Assembly (NCBI GenBank): GCA_964475245.1
Contig: CAYYVV010000002.1
Location: 39,993 to 103,992 of the forward strand
Reading direction: 5' to 3'
DNA: 64,000 nt
DNA from: an uncultured Anaerolineaceae bacterium
Lineage (GTDB): Bacteria; Chloroflexota; Limnocylindria; Limnocylindrales; CSP1-4
Part shown: positions 62,250 to 64,000 of the stretch, piece by piece
How positions within the stretch are numbered: position 1 is the first letter of the stretch
How the letters are laid out: each line of letters opens with the position of its first letter
Notes under the pieces: generated by a model
Told to the model about the DNA's origin: nothing
Seen by the model: only the letters and a program-made list of their open reading frames with translations
Database searches by the model: none
Made by a program: the position numbers and the translations under genes

Positions 62250-62654
62250 ATGAAGCACGCCGAGATCACTGTCCACACCGGCGACCGGCGCGGACTGTTC
62301 GACATCACCCGCGAATGCGCCGCGTTCGTCGCCGGCGAAGGCGACGGCCTGCTGAGCGTTTTCGTGCCCCACGCCACGGCCGGCGTCGTGATCATGGAGC
62401 TGGGCGCAGGCTCCGACACGGATCTCATGGCGACACTCGACAGGCTCCTGCCGCGCGACGATCGCTGGCGCCACCGCCATGGCTCTGCCGGTCACGGCGC
62501 CGACCACGTCGTGCCCCTTCTCGTGGCGCCATCGCTGACCGTGCCTGTCATAGGCGGCGAGCTTCAGCTGGGCACCTGGCAGTCGATCGCCGTGCTGGAC
62601 CCGAACGCAGACAACGCCACGCGACATGTCCGGCTGAGCTTCATCGCGGGTTGA
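62250..62654 (+). CDS. yjbQ: YjbQ/UPF0047 family protein (secondary thiamine-phosphate synthase-like)
   Basis: 134 aa. ...DITRECAAFVAGEGDGLLSVFVPHATAGVVIMEL...HGADHVVPLLVAPSLTVPVIGGELQLGTWQSI fits the UPF0047 pattern. Confidence 0.8.
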   Translation: MKHAEITVHTGDRRGLFDITRECAAFVAGEGDGLLSVFVPHATAGVVIMELGAGSDTDLMATLDRLLPRDDRWRHRHGSAGHGADHVVPLLVAPSLTVPVIGGELQLGTWQSIAVLDPNADNATRHVRLSFIAG

Positions 62655-62853
62655 CCAACCTATCCACATTTCGTCCACACACCGGTGCGATCAACTCGAA
62701 ATTGACCCCCTCGCGGCAGCAAGTCGGCCGGCTGGAAAGGAGGGTCGCGGGCTATACTCGGCGGCAATCGAGAGGGCCCCGCGTGAGCGCCCGCGCCGGG
62801 TCGGGAGAGCTGTCCAAGCCTGATCTTTCTTCCTGTTGGGAGGGGTTTTTGAA

Positions 62854-64000
62854 ATGCCGCTGAGGTCCGACTCGGAGAACTTCGCCCTTATCCGAGTCAT
62901 CGGAGTCGGCGGCGGAGGCAGCAACGCGGTCAACCGCATGATTCGCGCCGAGCTGATGGGCGTGGAGTTCATCGCCGTCAACACCGACGCACAGGCGCTG
63001 CTCCAGTCGGACGCCCCACACAAGATCCGCATCGGCGACAAGATCACCCGTGGTCTCGGCGCGGGCGGTGATCCCGGCATCGGCCAGCGCGCTGCCGAAG
63101 AGGACGCCGAGAAGATCTACGAGGCGCTCAAGGACTCGGACATGGTCTTCATCACCGCCGGCATGGGCGGCGGCACCGGATCGGGCGCTGCGCCGGTCAT
63201 CGCCGAAGTTGCTCGCGACCTGGGTGCGCTGACGATCGGCGTCGTGACCAAGCCGTTTTCGTTCGAGGGTGCTCGGCGTCGTTTGAATGCCGAGAAGGCG
63301 ACAGAGGCGCTGCGCGACAAGGTCGACACGCTCATCACCATCCCCAACGACCGGCTCAAGGACGTCGTCAACAAGGAGACCTCGATCCTCGATGCTTTCC
63401 GCGTCGTCGATGACGTGCTCCGCCAGGGCGTCCAGGGCATCAGTGACCTGATCACGGTGCCCGGCCTGATCAACCTCGACTTCGCCGACGTGCGCACCGT
63501 GATGAAGGACGCCGGTTCGGCATTGATGGGCATCGGCCGCGCCAGTGGCGAGGGCCGTGCCGCGGCCGCGGCCAGGGAGGCCACGGCGAGCCCGCTGCTC
63601 GAGCTCAACATCGCCGGCGCCCAGGGCGTGCTGTTCAACATCACCGGCGGCCCGTCACTCGGCCTGTACGAGGTCGACGAGGCGGCCGAGATAATCAAGC
63701 AGACCGCCGACCCGGAGGCGAACATCATCTTCGGCACGGTCATCGACGAGCGCATGGGCGACGAGGTCGCGATCACGGTCATCGCCACCGGCTTCGATGC
63801 GTCGCGCAAGCGCGAGATTGCACGCAGCCAGACCTCGGCACCGGTCGAGGTGGCGAGCGCGCTGCGCATGGCCCGCGATCGAGAGCAGTTCGGGAGCGAT
63901 CGCACGCCGACGGCGATCCCGGTCAACCCGATGCCGTCGATGAACGGCTCGCAGGCCGGCGAGGAGCTCCAGCCGGCAGCGACCGTTCAGCCACGCAGCG
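62854..64000 (+). CDS. ftsZ: cell division protein FtsZ (3' end beyond the window)
   Basis: Own translation from ATG 62854, with GGGAGGGG upstream: [29 protein letters not shown]...[22 protein letters not shown]...TKPFSFEG...NDRL. The frame stays open to position 64000. It is absent from the ORF track because it has no stop in the window. Confidence 0.97.
   Translation, partial: MPLRSDSENFALIRVIGVGGGGSNAVNRMIRAELMGVEFIAVNTDAQALLQSDAPHKIRIGDKITRGLGAGGDPGIGQRAAEEDAEKIYEALKDSDMVFITAGMGGGTGSGAAPVIAEVARDLGALTIGVVTKPFSFEGARRRLNAEKATEALRDKVDTLITIPNDRLKDVVNKETSILDAFRVVDDVLRQGVQGISDLITVPGLINLDFADVRTVMKDAGSALMGIGRASGEGRAAAAAREATASPLLELNIAGAQGVLFNITGGPSLGLYEVDEAAEIIKQTADPEANIIFGTVIDERMGDEVAITVIATGFDASRKREIARSQTSAPVEVASALRMARDREQFGSDRTPTAIPVNPMPSMNGSQAGEELQPAATVQPRS

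Noticed and set aside
62733-62758. Candidate ftsZ promoter, using TATACT at 62753..62758.
   Set aside because: The best -35-like hexamers (TGGAAA or CTGGAA) lie at a 14 to 15-nt spacing, which is too short for a confident sigma-70 promoter call.

Overview
This is a very GC-rich bacterial chromosomal window (judged by eye, not computed). I saw no rRNA, CRISPR array, transposase or integrase. About 70 genes are readable and most carry clear family motifs.

Gene content, left to right:
- An ABC-2 exporter, a DUF2277-like gene, an MFS-like protein, a DoxX-like protein and an MgtA-like P-type ATPase.
- A 1115-aa multi-TM PAS x3 / GAF / EAL sensor.
- dnaG-rpoD, a K+ channel, a DHA2 MFS transporter, an aldo/keto reductase, a rhodanese sulfurtransferase, a GNAT and tRNA-Asn(GTT).
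- A five-gene, fully translationally coupled redox operon: a TM/Thr-Pro-rich ORF, a signal-less ApbE, a di-haem ferric-reductase-like membrane protein, a NuoF-like flavoprotein and a ferredoxin.
- A UbiA prenyltransferase and parB-parA.
- A propionyl-CoA to succinyl-CoA operon (pccB, biotin carboxylase, BCCP, split methylmalonyl-CoA mutase large subunit, epimerase). It ends in a class III cyclase / P-loop / TPR protein.
- sucDC, icd-sdhCDAB, RNase HI and RNase P RNA.
- A dcw cluster: mraZ-rsmH-orf-ftsL-ftsI-murF-mraY-murD-ftsW-murG-murB-ddl-ftsQ-ftsA-(yjbQ)-ftsZ. murE and murC are missing from it.

ftsA on such a GC-rich chromosome argues against classical Actinomycetes. I cannot assign the taxon from sequence alone.

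Best leads for something undescribed:
1. The ApbE / ferric-reductase-like / NuoF-like / ferredoxin operon and its odd first gene.
2. An identical 19-nt sequence containing a perfect 18-bp palindrome, present twice and flanking parAB. No canonical parS is visible in the window.
3. A CTTGTCAAG motif array in front of dnaG.
4. The cyclase-STAND protein start/stop-coupled to the methylmalonyl pathway operon.

Many long ORF-track entries are antisense or out-of-frame shadows typical of high-GC DNA and were rejected. Several track ORFs were trimmed to internal starts that give 1- or 4-nt start/stop overlaps (one an 8-nt overlap) or good RBS spacing.
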